A stretch of 32,993 nucleotides of DNA from a virus (taxonomy: Duplodnaviria; Heunggongvirae; Uroviricota; Caudoviricetes), in the IMG/VR virus record IMGVR_UViG_2585427793_000011. The stretch is one strand, 5' to 3'. How positions within the stretch are numbered: position 1 is the stretch's first letter; each line of letters begins with the position of its first letter. This document shows positions 18,547-28,168 of the stretch, one piece after another. The translations under genes and the position numbers were made by a program. The notes under the pieces were generated by a model that saw nothing but the letters and a program-made list of their open reading frames with translations, was not told where the DNA came from and did no database searches.

Positions 18547-18581
18547 AAACATTGAGCGGCCATGCTGGTCGCTCAATGTTT
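18547..18581. terminator. Bidirectional terminator / 12-bp perfect inverted repeat between S and the minus-strand cargo gene
   Basis: AAACATTGAGCG-(11 nt)-CGCTCAATGTTT perfect inverted repeat between convergent gene ends. Confidence 0.55.
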
Positions 18582-18587
18582 AGAGGT

Positions 18588-19373
18588 TTATGAGTGATTT
18601 TTATTTGATGCTTTGTATTCTACAACCTTCTTATTGGCGTAAAGGAATTTTGTATATGACAGGAATATAACCAGACCTGAAATGAAATAGATGAGGGATA
18701 TTATTAATAATGCTTTTTTTTGGCTGTTATTATCTTTAATCTCCTGACTTAACCATTCGGAGTCCTCCTCGTTTAGCTGTAAGAGCTTATTGCAGGCGAT
18801 CTCAGGAAGTGTGTCTTTTATAAATACGTTTCGTAGCCTCTTGCAATCGGCAAGGCTATAAGTTTTATTGAATTCAACTGTTTTATTGTTGAAGGATAAA
18901 AGAACTTTGTCACTATAAACATAGTACATCATATTTTTATATGGTATGCCTATGGCATCTCTTACTATAGCGGATTGTTTGTTGTGTATATAACATGCGA
19001 GGAGAATGTAAAAAATACTGGCCAGAATTACAATTATTGTTTTAATTATGTGTGGTGGTTTTGTTATGTCACCCCAGATGCGAGTAAGGAAAAAATACGA
19101 TGTTTTTAGTTTTCCATCAATCAGTCCCTGCTGTATCATTCTCACATTTTCAATGCCTGATACATTGATTCCGTTAATTATTTTAAATAGTTGAATGTCG
19201 CGCCACTCGCGGTCAAGTCTTTTTAATTTTTTGTCTGAATATCCAAAATTGAAATAATGTGCAATAAGCCTCATAAGGTTACTTTTACCAAAGCTAAAAA
19301 ATGCTAATACTGCAAAGCTACAAAGGAAAAAAACGATTAGCCCCCACACATTAGTCACATTATAGCTGACCAT
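18588..19373 (-). CDS. Hypothetical membrane protein (P2 orf30 position cargo gene)
   Basis: 261-aa AT-rich ORF, AAGGAG upstream of ATG; three hydrophobic segments (N-terminal, central, C-terminal) consistent with TM helices. Confidence 0.7.
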   Translation of the reverse strand: MVSYNVTNVWGLIVFFLCSFAVLAFFSFGKSNLMRLIAHYFNFGYSDKKLKRLDREWRDIQLFKIINGINVSGIENVRMIQQGLIDGKLKTSYFFLTRIWGDITKPPHIIKTIIVILASIFYILLACYIHNKQSAIVRDAIGIPYKNMMYYVYSDKVLLSFNNKTVEFNKTYSLADCKRLRNVFIKDTLPEIACNKLLQLNEEDSEWLSQEIKDNNSQKKALLIISLIYFISGLVIFLSYTKFLYANKKVVEYKASNKNHS

Positions 19374-19456
19374 TACGCTCTCCTTGAATGTTGTCTGGTA
19401 GTTCTACAAATGAATCCAGATAGCATAACTTTTATATATTGTGCAATCTCACATGC

Positions 19457-20092
19457 ATGAACACTCTCGCAAATATTCAGGAACTCGCGCGCGCACTGCG
19501 CAACATGATTCGCACCGGCATTATCGTCGAAACCGACCTTAACGCCGGTCGCTGCCGTGTGCAGACCGGCGGCATGTGCACTGACTGGCTTCAGTGGCTG
19601 ACCCATCGTGCCGGTCGTTCGCGCACATGGTGGGCACCTTCCGTGGGGGAGCAGGTGCTGATTCTGGCCGTGGGCGGTGAACTCGACACGGCGTTCGTTC
19701 TGCCGGGGATTTATTCCGGCGATAACCCCGCGCCGTCTGCGTCGGCGGATGCCCTGCATATCCGTTTCCCTGACGGGGCGGTGATTGAATATGAACCCGA
19801 AACCAGTGCACTCACGGCAAGCGGAATTAAAACGGCCAGCGTGACGGCTTCTGATTCTGTTACTGCCACGGTGCCGATGGTCATGGTGAAAGCATCAACC
19901 CGCGTCACCCTGGACACACCGGAGGTGGTCTGCACCAACAGGCTGATTACCGGCACGCTGGAAGTGCAGAAGGGCGGGACGATGCGCGGCAACATTGAAC
20001 ACACCGGCGGTGAACTCTCATCAAACGGTAAGGTACTGCATACCCACAAACACCCCGGCGACAGCGGCGGCACAACCGGGAGTCCTTTATGA
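19457..20092 (+). CDS. V: Baseplate spike / assembly protein V
   Basis: 211 aa from ATG at 19457 (MNTLANIQ...), P2 gpV length. Confidence 0.9.
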   Translation: MNTLANIQELARALRNMIRTGIIVETDLNAGRCRVQTGGMCTDWLQWLTHRAGRSRTWWAPSVGEQVLILAVGGELDTAFVLPGIYSGDNPAPSASADALHIRFPDGAVIEYEPETSALTASGIKTASVTASDSVTATVPMVMVKASTRVTLDTPEVVCTNRLITGTLEVQKGGTMRGNIEHTGGELSSNGKVLHTHKHPGDSGGTTGSPL

Positions 20093-20436
20093 CAGCGCGT
20101 TATCTCGGAATGAATCGCAGTAATGGCCTGACTGTCACTGACCTTGAGCATATCAGCCAGAGTATCGGCGATATCCTGCGCACGCCGGTCGGCTCACGGG
20201 TGATGCGTCGTGATTACGGCTCGTTGCTGGCATCAATGATTGACCAGCCGCAGACCCCGGCGCTTGAGTTGCAGATTAAGGTCGCCTGTTACATGGCAGT
20301 GCTGAAATGGGAACCCCGCGTCACCCTGTCATCCGTCACCACGGCGCGCAGCTTTGACGGGCGAATGACGGTCACGTTGACCGGCCAGCACAACGACACC
20401 GGCCAGCCACTTTCGTTAACCATCCCTGTGAGTTGA
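20089..20436 (+). CDS. W: Baseplate protein W
   Basis: 115 aa, P2 gpW length; ATGA overlap with V. Confidence 0.9.
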   Translation: MTARYLGMNRSNGLTVTDLEHISQSIGDILRTPVGSRVMRRDYGSLLASMIDQPQTPALELQIKVACYMAVLKWEPRVTLSSVTTARSFDGRMTVTLTGQHNDTGQPLSLTIPVS

Positions 20437-20440
20437 AACC

Positions 20441-21349
20441 ATGCCGATTATCGACCTGAACCAGCTACCCGCACCGGATGTGGTCGAGGAGCTGGACTTT
20501 GAAACCATTCTCACCGAACGCAAGGCGACACTGATTTCCCTTTACCCGGAAGACCAGCAGGAGGCGGTCGCCCGTACCCTGACGCTGGAATCCGAGCCTC
20601 TCGTCAAACTGCTGGAGGAAAATGCTTATCGTGAGCTTATCTGGCGTCAGCGTGTGAATGAGGCTGCACGGGCGGTGATGCTGGCCTGTGCAGCCGGTAA
20701 TGACCTTGATGTGATTGGTGCCAATTACAACACCACGCGCCTGACTATCACCCCGGCAGATGATTCGACCATTCCGCCGACACCGGCAGTGATGGAGTCT
20801 GACACCGATTATCGTCTGCGTATTCAGCAGGCGTTTGAGGGCTTAAGCGTCGCCGGGTCGGTGGGTGCCTATCAGTATCATGGTCGCAGTGCCGACGGGC
20901 GTGTCGCGGATATCTCTGTCACCAGTCCGTCTCCGGCCTGCGTCACCATCTCTGTGCTGTCACGTGAAAATAACGGTGTTGCATCCGAAGACCTGCTGGC
21001 CGTGGTGCGTAACGCCCTTAATGGTGAGGACGTCAGGCCGGTGGCCGACCGAGTGACCGTGCAGTCTGCCGCCATCGTTGAATACCAGATAAACGCCACG
21101 CTTTACCTTTACCCTGGTCCCGAAAGCGAACCCATCCGCGCTGCCGCCGTGAAAAAACTGGAAGCGTATATCACGGCACAGCACCGGCTGGGGCGCGACA
21201 TCCGTCTGTCTGCCATTTATGCCGCTTTGCATGTGGAAGGTGTGCAGCGTGTCGAACTGGCAGCACCACTGGCCGACATCGTGCTCAACAGTACGCAGGC
21301 GTCTTTCTGTACCGAATACCGCGTCGTGACCGGAGGCTCGGATGAGTGA
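20441..21349 (+). CDS. J: Baseplate protein J
   Basis: 302 aa, P2 gpJ length and position. Confidence 0.9.
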   Translation: MPIIDLNQLPAPDVVEELDFETILTERKATLISLYPEDQQEAVARTLTLESEPLVKLLEENAYRELIWRQRVNEAARAVMLACAAGNDLDVIGANYNTTRLTITPADDSTIPPTPAVMESDTDYRLRIQQAFEGLSVAGSVGAYQYHGRSADGRVADISVTSPSPACVTISVLSRENNGVASEDLLAVVRNALNGEDVRPVADRVTVQSAAIVEYQINATLYLYPGPESEPIRAAAVKKLEAYITAQHRLGRDIRLSAIYAALHVEGVQRVELAAPLADIVLNSTQASFCTEYRVVTGGSDE

Positions 21350-21872
21350 TTCGCGACTGCTGCCGACCGGCTCATCACCGCTTGAGGTCGCCGCCGCAAA
21401 AGCCTGTGCGGAAATTGAAAAAACGCCGGTCAGTATTCGTGAGCTGTGGAACCCGGACACCTGTCCGGCAAATCTGCTGCCGTGGCTGGCGTGGGCGTTT
21501 TCGGTCGACAGGTGGGATGAAAAGTGGCCGGAAGCGACAAAACGCGCCGTTATCCGCGATGCCTATTTCATCCACTGTCATAAAGGCACTATAGGTGCAA
21601 TCCGGCGTGTGGTGGAGCCGCTCGGCTATCTCATCAACGTGACGGAGTGGTGGGAAACCAGTGACCCGCCGGGCACCTTCCGGCTTGATATTGGTGTACT
21701 GGAAAGTGGCATCACAGAGGCAATGTATCAGGAAATGGAACGGCTGATTGCTGATGCCAAACCTGCAAGCCGCCACCTTATTGGCCTGAACATTACCCGG
21801 GACATTCCCGGCTACCTGTTCGCCGGTGGTGTGGCTTATGACGGCGATGTAATTACGGTTTACCCCGGATAA
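21342..21872 (+). CDS. I: Baseplate protein I
   Basis: 176 aa, P2 gpI length and position. Confidence 0.9.
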   Translation: MSDSRLLPTGSSPLEVAAAKACAEIEKTPVSIRELWNPDTCPANLLPWLAWAFSVDRWDEKWPEATKRAVIRDAYFIHCHKGTIGAIRRVVEPLGYLINVTEWWETSDPPGTFRLDIGVLESGITEAMYQEMERLIADAKPASRHLIGLNITRDIPGYLFAGGVAYDGDVITVYPG

Positions 21873-21882
21873 GTGAGGAATA

Positions 21883-24207
21883 ATGAGCACAAAATTCAGA
21901 ACCGTTATCACCACTGCCGGTGCAGCAAAGCTGGCAGCGGCAACCGCGCCGGGAGGGCGGAAGGTCAACATTACCACGATGGCCGTCGGGGATGGCGGTG
22001 GTAAATTGCCTGTCCCGGATGCCGGACAGACCGGGCTTATCCATGAAGTCTGGCGACATGCGCTGAACAAAATCAGCCAGGACAAACGAAACAGTAATTA
22101 TATTATCGCAGAGCTGGTTATTCCGCCGGAGGTGGGCGGTTTCTGGATGCGTGAGCTTGGCCTGTACGATGATGCGGGAACATTAATTGCCGTGGCGAAC
22201 ATGGCCGAAAGTTATAAGCCAGCTCTTGCCGAAGGCTCAGGGCGTTCGCAGACCTGTCGCATGGTCATCATCGTCAGCAGTGTGACCTCAGTGGAGCTGA
22301 CCATTGACACCACAACGGTGATGGCGACGCAGGATTACGTTGATGACAAAATTGCAGAACATGAACAGTCACGACGTCACCCGGACGCCTCGCTGACCGC
22401 AAAAGGTTTTACTCAGTTAAGCAGTGCGACCAACAGCACGTCTGAAACACTGGCTGCAACGCCGAAAGCGGTTAAGGCCGCATATGACCTGGCTAACGGG
22501 AAATATACCGCACAGGACGCTACCACAGAGCGAAAAGGTCTTGTCCAGCTCAGTAGTGCCACCAACAGCACGTCTGAAACGCTTGCCGCAACACCAAAAG
22601 CGGTAAAAGCAGCATATGACCTTGCTAACGGGAAATATACCGCACAGGACGCTACCACAGCGCGAAAAGGTCTTGTCCAGCTCAGTAGTGCCACCAACAG
22701 CACGTCTGAAACGCTTGCCGCAACACCAAAAGCGGTAAAAGCAGCATATGACCTTGCTAACGGGAAATATACCGCACAGGACGCTACCACAGCGCGAAAA
22801 GGTCTTGTCCAGCTCAGTAGTGCCACCAACAGCACGTCTGAAACGCTTGCCGCAACACCAAAAGCGGTAAAAGCAGCATATGACCTTGCTAACGGGAAAT
22901 ATACCGCACAGGACGCTACCACAGCGCGAAAAGGTCTTGTCCAGCTCAGTAGTGCCACCAACAGCACGTCTGAAACGCTTGCCGCAACACCAAAAGCGGT
23001 AAAAGCAGCATATGACCTTGCTAACGGGAAATATACCGCACAGGACGCCACCACAGCGCGAAAAGGTCTTGTCCAGCTCAGTAGCGTCACCAACAGCGAT
23101 TCTGAAACGCTTGCGGCAACGCCAAAGGCGGTAAAGGCCGCGTATGACCTTGCTAACGGGAAATACACTGCACAGGACGCCACCACGGCGCGGAAAGGTC
23201 TTGTTCAGCTCAGTAGCGCCGCCAACAGTGATTCTGAAACGCTGGCCGCAACACCAAAAGCAGTGAAGTCTGCCTATGACAATGCTGAAAAACGTCTTCA
23301 GAAAGATCAGAACGGTGCGGATATTCCGGGAAAGGATACCTTCACGAAAAATATCGGTGCCTGTCGTGCTTATAGCGGCGCTTTGAGCACTGAAGCCGGA
23401 AACTGGACAACCGCTCAGTTTATTGAATGGCTGGATTCCCGTGGTGCATTTAATCATCCGTACTGGATGTGCAAATGTTCATGGTCATACGGCAATAATA
23501 AAATTATTACCGATACTGGCTGTGGAACTATTCATCTTGCAGGTTGCGTTATTGAGGTTATGGGTAATAAAGGTGCCATGACCATCCGTGTAACAACACC
23601 AAGCACTTCTACCGGAGGCGGCACCACTAACGCTCAATTCACTTATATTAATCATGGTGATGCTTATGCCCCCGGCTGGCGACGAGACTACAACACGAAA
23701 AACCAGCAGCCTGCATTTGCTTTAGGGCAAACAGGAAGCAGGGTTGCAAATGATAAAGCTGTTGGCTGGAACTGGAATAGCGGTGTTTATGATGCAGATA
23801 TCAGCGGTGCATCGACATTAATCCTCCACTTCAATATGAATGCGGGGAGTTGCCCTGCCGTACAGTTCCGTGTGAATTATAAGAACGGCGGTATTTTTTA
23901 TCGTTCAGCACGTGATGGTTATGGATTTGAGGCTAACTGGTCAGAGTTTTACACCACAACCCGCAAACCCTCTGCGGGAGATGTTGGTGCATATACCAAA
24001 GCTGAATCGGATTCTCGCTATGTACGAGATATTCGCCTGGGCACACGTGTTGTTCAGACTATGCAAAAAGGTGTGATGTATGAAAAATCAGGCCATGTAA
24101 TTACAGGGCTTGGTATTGTCGGTGAAGTCGATGGTGATGACCCCGCAGTATTCAGACCAATACAAAAATACATTAATGGCACATGGTATAACGTCGCACA
24201 GGTGTAA
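21883..24207 (+). CDS. H: Tail fibre protein with expanded internal repeat array
   Basis: 774-aa ORF after I and before the fibre assembly chaperone; contains about 6.7 tandem 44-aa repeats (KGLVQLSSATNSTSETLAATPKAVKAAYDLANGKYTAQDATTAR). Confidence 0.9.
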   Translation: MSTKFRTVITTAGAAKLAAATAPGGRKVNITTMAVGDGGGKLPVPDAGQTGLIHEVWRHALNKISQDKRNSNYIIAELVIPPEVGGFWMRELGLYDDAGTLIAVANMAESYKPALAEGSGRSQTCRMVIIVSSVTSVELTIDTTTVMATQDYVDDKIAEHEQSRRHPDASLTAKGFTQLSSATNSTSETLAATPKAVKAAYDLANGKYTAQDATTERKGLVQLSSATNSTSETLAATPKAVKAAYDLANGKYTAQDATTARKGLVQLSSATNSTSETLAATPKAVKAAYDLANGKYTAQDATTARKGLVQLSSATNSTSETLAATPKAVKAAYDLANGKYTAQDATTARKGLVQLSSATNSTSETLAATPKAVKAAYDLANGKYTAQDATTARKGLVQLSSVTNSDSETLAATPKAVKAAYDLANGKYTAQDATTARKGLVQLSSAANSDSETLAATPKAVKSAYDNAEKRLQKDQNGADIPGKDTFTKNIGACRAYSGALSTEAGNWTTAQFIEWLDSRGAFNHPYWMCKCSWSYGNNKIITDTGCGTIHLAGCVIEVMGNKGAMTIRVTTPSTSTGGGTTNAQFTYINHGDAYAPGWRRDYNTKNQQPAFALGQTGSRVANDKAVGWNWNSGVYDADISGASTLILHFNMNAGSCPAVQFRVNYKNGGIFYRSARDGYGFEANWSEFYTTTRKPSAGDVGAYTKAESDSRYVRDIRLGTRVVQTMQKGVMYEKSGHVITGLGIVGEVDGDDPAVFRPIQKYINGTWYNVAQV
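22402..23298 (+). repeat. In-frame 132-bp tandem repeat array within H (about 6.7 copies, several nucleotide-identical)
   Basis: Repeat units begin at 22402, 22534, 22666, 22798, 22930, 23062, 23194; copies at 22534, 22666 and 22798 are nucleotide-identical and the 22930 copy differs by one base. Confidence 0.9.
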
Positions 24208-24210
24208 TTT

Positions 24211-24738
24211 ATGCAGCATTTAAAAAATATTACTGCGGGTAATCCCAAAACTGTTGCCCAATATCAACTGACAAAAAATTTTGATGTTGTCTGGTTATGG
24301 TCTGAAGACGGAAAAAACTGGTATGAGGAAGTAAGTAATTTTCAGGAAGACACGATAAAGATTGTTTACGACGAGAATAATATAATTGTCGGCATCACCA
24401 GAGATGCTTCAACGCTTAACCCTGAAGGTTTTAGCGTTGTCGAGGTTCCTGATATTACCGCCAACCGACGTGCTGATGACTCAGGTAAATGGATGTTTAA
24501 GGATGGTGCCGTGATTAAGCGGATTTATACGGCAGACGAACAGCATCAACTGGCAGAATCACAAAAGGCAACTTTACTTTCCGAAGCTGAATCCGTGATT
24601 TTGCTGCTGGAGCGCGCTGTCAGGCTGAATATGGCAACAGAGGAGGAACGCAGCCGACTGGAAGCATGGGAACGCTACAGTGTTCTGGTCAGTCGTGTGG
24701 ATCCTGCAAATCCTGAATGGCCGGAAATGCCGCAGTAA
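24211..24738 (+). CDS. G: Tail fibre assembly chaperone
   Basis: 175 aa, P2 gpG length; immediately downstream of H. Confidence 0.85.
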   Translation: MQHLKNITAGNPKTVAQYQLTKNFDVVWLWSEDGKNWYEEVSNFQEDTIKIVYDENNIIVGITRDASTLNPEGFSVVEVPDITANRRADDSGKWMFKDGAVIKRIYTADEQHQLAESQKATLLSEAESVILLLERAVRLNMATEEERSRLEAWERYSVLVSRVDPANPEWPEMPQ

Positions 24739-24801
24739 GTTGTATGAGCTCTGGTGGGAGCTTACATATCTATGGCACAGAGTAAAGTCTAATCTGACAG
24801 T

Positions 24802-24830
24802 CCGCTCTGTGCCAAGAGCGGAAGTTTTCC
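24802..24830 (+). terminator. Putative intrinsic terminator of the V-G operon
   Basis: Hairpin CCGCTCT-GTGCCA-AGAGCGG followed by AAGTTTTCC. Confidence 0.45.
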
Positions 24831-24989
24831 AGCAAATTGTCTTGGTCAAAAGAGAGGCAGACCAGTTAGCCCCATATTTTTCACGCTAGTCATTTCTATT
24901 AAAGATATATAAGCCCATATCTATATTAATAACTTAAAATAAATTCAACAGAGTGAGTAACTAAGAGCATAAATGCATCCTTTTACTAA

Positions 24990-26072
24990 CTAATTATTTT
25001 GGCAAGTGCTGTCAGCGAGCAGAGAAAAATCACTATTTTCAATTGCGTTCACAAGTTTTGCAATATCATGATTTTTTTCATAAAAGATATATAACGCCGC
25101 ATACAGATTCATTTCGGGTTCAATCTTTGGAAATGACACGCTGATCATACGTTCATTTTTGATATATGCATCATCACCCTTATAGTACATTCCAACATAA
25201 TTGTCCCATCGTTCAATAAGACTCATCTCGAACAAATCATCAAGGTCTTTTGAAAAAGATTGATAGTTTGTATCGTCAATCATTAGTGGCCCGAAAAGTT
25301 GCTTTTCAGGAAACTCGATTTTCGTGCTTGTACTCTTCGGTATATTTATCTCACTGATAATTTTGCTTAAAAGATTTCTAGCAGATAAAGTGCATTGACG
25401 CAGTCTATTTTTAAAAAGTTCTAGAAATTCATATACGATCTGCTCACCTTCGTCAACATCATCAAACCATTCATTAGTATGAATTAACGCGTTGAAAAGA
25501 CTCAAGTCAAAGGGGATCGGCTTGTTTTTTGATACACAATACCCCTGATTGAAAGCAACGTCCCCAGGAGAGAAATAATCCGAGTATTCTTTCCGGGCAA
25601 GGGTCAAAAAATCACGCTGAAATTCTAAAGTTTGTCCCATTACCTTTTCGACTAGGTCGTACAATGTGAAATATTTGCACTGAAAATCGTCAGGGTGTTC
25701 ACGTACGTTATCAGGTAGGCGTTCAGCCGTGAGGACGAAAAACCAAATCTCGTCAAACTTACCCTTTAACTTCTCATTGTTTCGAAGTTTGTCTAATGTT
25801 TTCTGATACTTAACCTTTCTTGCAGTGGCAGTCATTTGCAAACCTAAGCGCTTTCCCGGTTGCACATAGTCGAGACCAGGGTAGTTTTGGGATATCCTAT
25901 TCATATCCTCAAACTGCTCTCCCCAGGCATGATTGATTAGAGGCAATAGCGAACTCTCTTGGGCTGTAGAAAGATCATTTAAATTGCTGCTGGTTTGCAT
26001 CTTGATTTGAGTAGCAAGTTTCGTTGCAAAGCTAGTTAATTCTTCCCTGTTTTTCATTTGCTCTGGTTTCAA
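24990..26072 (-). CDS. Hypothetical protein (Z/fun-locus cargo gene, candidate defence/abortive-infection protein)
   Basis: 355-360-aa AT-rich ORF counter-oriented to the flanking tail genes; start either TTG at 26072 (GGAG upstream) or ATG at 26057. Confidence 0.7.
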   Translation of the reverse strand: MKPEQMKNREELTSFATKLATQIKMQTSSNLNDLSTAQESSLLPLINHAWGEQFEDMNRISQNYPGLDYVQPGKRLGLQMTATARKVKYQKTLDKLRNNEKLKGKFDEIWFFVLTAERLPDNVREHPDDFQCKYFTLYDLVEKVMGQTLEFQRDFLTLARKEYSDYFSPGDVAFNQGYCVSKNKPIPFDLSLFNALIHTNEWFDDVDEGEQIVYEFLELFKNRLRQCTLSARNLLSKIISEINIPKSTSTKIEFPEKQLFGPLMIDDTNYQSFSKDLDDLFEMSLIERWDNYVGMYYKGDDAYIKNERMISVSFPKIEPEMNLYAALYIFYEKNHDIAKLVNAIENSDFSLLADSTCQNN

Positions 26073-26266
26073 TTTAATTTCTCCAGCCGATATTCGTATC
26101 TGCCATTGTGACTTACTCTCTATTGATTAACAAATAGAAGCAGGTTTACCTTTTCTATAAGAAGGATGCTAATGTCTGCTTTTCGCTCAAAATAGGCTGT
26201 CAGATTTGATAGCGTTTGGGCTATGTAAATTGTCAGTTGAAAAATGAGTGAGTACAAATCAGGACG

Positions 26267-26293
26267 GGCGGGCGAGTTGCCCGCCTTTTCTTT
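26267..26293 (+). terminator. Intrinsic terminator-like hairpin upstream of FI
   Basis: GGCGGGC-GAGTT-GCCCGCC followed by TTTTCTTT; no plus-strand ORF of 60 aa or more upstream of it. Confidence 0.45.
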
Positions 26294-26390
26294 AATCTGT
26301 TGTTTCATCCACTGACCAGTCAGGTCAAATAGCGTCTTATGCACTGCCCAACAGAAAATAGTTGCACCCATTAACCACGGAGTTAAACGG

Positions 26391-27581
26391 ATGAGTGACT
26401 ATCATCACGGCGTGCAGGTGCTGGAGATTAACGACGGCACCCGCGTCATTTCCACCGTATCCACCGCCATTGTTGGCATGGTCTGCACGGCCAGCGATGC
26501 GGATGCGGAAATCTTCCCCCTCAATAAACCGGTGCTGATTACCAATGTGCAGAGCGCAATTGCAAAGGCCGGTAAAAAAGGCACGCTGGCGGCGTCGTTA
26601 CAGGCCATTGCTGACCAGTCAAAACCGGTCACCGTTGTCGTACGTGTGGAAGACGGCACCGGCGAAGACGAAGAAACGAAACTCGCGCAGACCGTTTCCA
26701 ATATCATCGGCACCACCGACGAAAACGGTCAGTACACCGGACTGAAAGCCCTGCTGGCGGCGGAGTCAGTAACCGGTGTTAAACCGCGTATTCTCGGCGT
26801 GCCGGGACTGGACACCAAAGAGGTGGCTGTTGCACTGGCATCAGTCTGTCAGAAGCTGCGCGCTTTCGGGTATATCAGCGCATGGGGCTGTAAGACCATT
26901 TCCGAGGTGAAAGCCTACCGCCAGAATTTCAGCCAGCGTGAGCTGATGGTCATCTGGCCGGATTTCCTCGCATGGGATACGGTCGCCAGTACCACCGCCA
27001 CCGCGTATGCCACCGCCCGTGCGCTGGGCCTGCGCGCTAAAATCGACCAGGAGCAGGGCTGGCATAAAACGCTGTCCAACGTCGGGGTAAACGGTGTTAC
27101 CGGCATCAGTGCCTCTGTATTCTGGGATTTGCAGGAGTCCGGCACCGATGCTGACCTGTTGAACGAGTCAGGTGTCACAACGCTGATTCGCCGTGACGGT
27201 TTCCGCTTCTGGGGTAACCGTACCTGCTCTGATGACCCGCTGTTCCTCTTTGAAAACTACACCCGCACCGCGCAGGTGCTGGCCGACACGATGGCTGAGG
27301 CGCACATGTGGGCGGTGGACAAGCCCATCACTGCAACGCTGATTCGCGACATCGTTGACGGCATCAATGCCAAATTCCGTGAGCTGAAAACAAACGGCTA
27401 TATCGTGGATGCGACCTGCTGGTTCAGCGAAGAATCCAACGATGCGGAAACCCTTAAGGCCGGAAAACTGTATATCGACTACGACTATACCCCGGTGCCT
27501 CCTCTTGAAAACCTGACCCTGCGCCAGCGTATTACCGATAAATACCTGGCAAATCTGGTCACCTCGGTTAACAGCAATTAA
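26391..27581 (+). CDS. FI: Tail sheath protein
   Basis: 396 aa, P2 gpFI length; first gene of the tail operon. Confidence 0.9.
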   Translation: MSDYHHGVQVLEINDGTRVISTVSTAIVGMVCTASDADAEIFPLNKPVLITNVQSAIAKAGKKGTLAASLQAIADQSKPVTVVVRVEDGTGEDEETKLAQTVSNIIGTTDENGQYTGLKALLAAESVTGVKPRILGVPGLDTKEVAVALASVCQKLRAFGYISAWGCKTISEVKAYRQNFSQRELMVIWPDFLAWDTVASTTATAYATARALGLRAKIDQEQGWHKTLSNVGVNGVTGISASVFWDLQESGTDADLLNESGVTTLIRRDGFRFWGNRTCSDDPLFLFENYTRTAQVLADTMAEAHMWAVDKPITATLIRDIVDGINAKFRELKTNGYIVDATCWFSEESNDAETLKAGKLYIDYDYTPVPPLENLTLRQRITDKYLANLVTSVNSN

Positions 27582-27593
27582 GGAGCCTGACCG

Positions 27594-28112
27594 ATGGCAA
27601 TGCCGCGCAAACTCAAGTTAATGAACGTCTTTCTGAACGGCTACAGCTATCAGGGCGTTGCAAAGTCCGTCACGCTGCCAAAACTGACCCGTAAACTCGA
27701 AAACTATCGCGGTGCGGGGATGAACGGAAGTGCACCGGTAGACCTCGGCCTTGATGACGATGCGCTGTCAATGGAGTGGTCGCTCGGGGGCTTCCCGGAT
27801 TCGGTTATCTGGGAGCTTTACGCCGCAACCGGTGTGGATGCTGTGCCGATTCGTTTTGCAGGCTCTTACCAGCGTGACGATACCGGCGAAACGGTGGCCG
27901 TCGAAGTGGTCATGCGTGGACGTCAGAAAGAAATCGACACCGGCGAGGGTAAACAGGGAGAAGACACTGAGTCGAAAATCTCCGTGGTCTGCACCTATTT
28001 CCGGTTGACGATGGACGGTAAGGAGCTGGTCGAAATCGACACCATCAACATGATTGAGAAGGTGAACGGCGTCGACCGGCTGGAGCAACACCGCCGCAAT
28101 ATCGGCCTGTGA
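27594..28112 (+). CDS. FII: Tail tube protein
   Basis: 172 aa, P2 gpFII length; follows the sheath gene. Confidence 0.9.
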   Translation: MAMPRKLKLMNVFLNGYSYQGVAKSVTLPKLTRKLENYRGAGMNGSAPVDLGLDDDALSMEWSLGGFPDSVIWELYAATGVDAVPIRFAGSYQRDDTGETVAVEVVMRGRQKEIDTGEGKQGEDTESKISVVCTYFRLTMDGKELVEIDTINMIEKVNGVDRLEQHRRNIGL

Positions 28113-28168
28113 TTTTCATCCGGTCAGCCTGGCTGACCGGTTAACCCCGATTCAGAAGTGAGAAAACC

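Noticed and set aside
22402-23298. Possible CRISPR array, suggested by regular direct repeats
   Set aside because: The repeats are 132 bp and contiguous with no unique spacers, and they lie in frame within the tail fibre gene; this is a coding tandem repeat, not CRISPR.
22413-23457. Two long minus-strand ORFs (257 and 346 aa) with repetitive translations, antisense to H
   Set aside because: They are artefacts of the in-frame 132-bp tandem repeats in H, which keep the antisense frame open; the repetitive Cys/Phe-rich translation and lack of start context argue against coding.
24680-24889. 69-aa plus-strand ORF downstream of G
   Set aside because: It contains the putative V-G operon terminator hairpin and lies in the AT-rich intergenic region; likely non-coding.
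26120-26371. 83-aa minus-strand ORF between the Z/fun cargo gene and FI
   Set aside because: No convincing ribosome-binding site, and it overlaps the terminator-like hairpin and the expected FI promoter region; kept only as a possibility for a small cargo gene.
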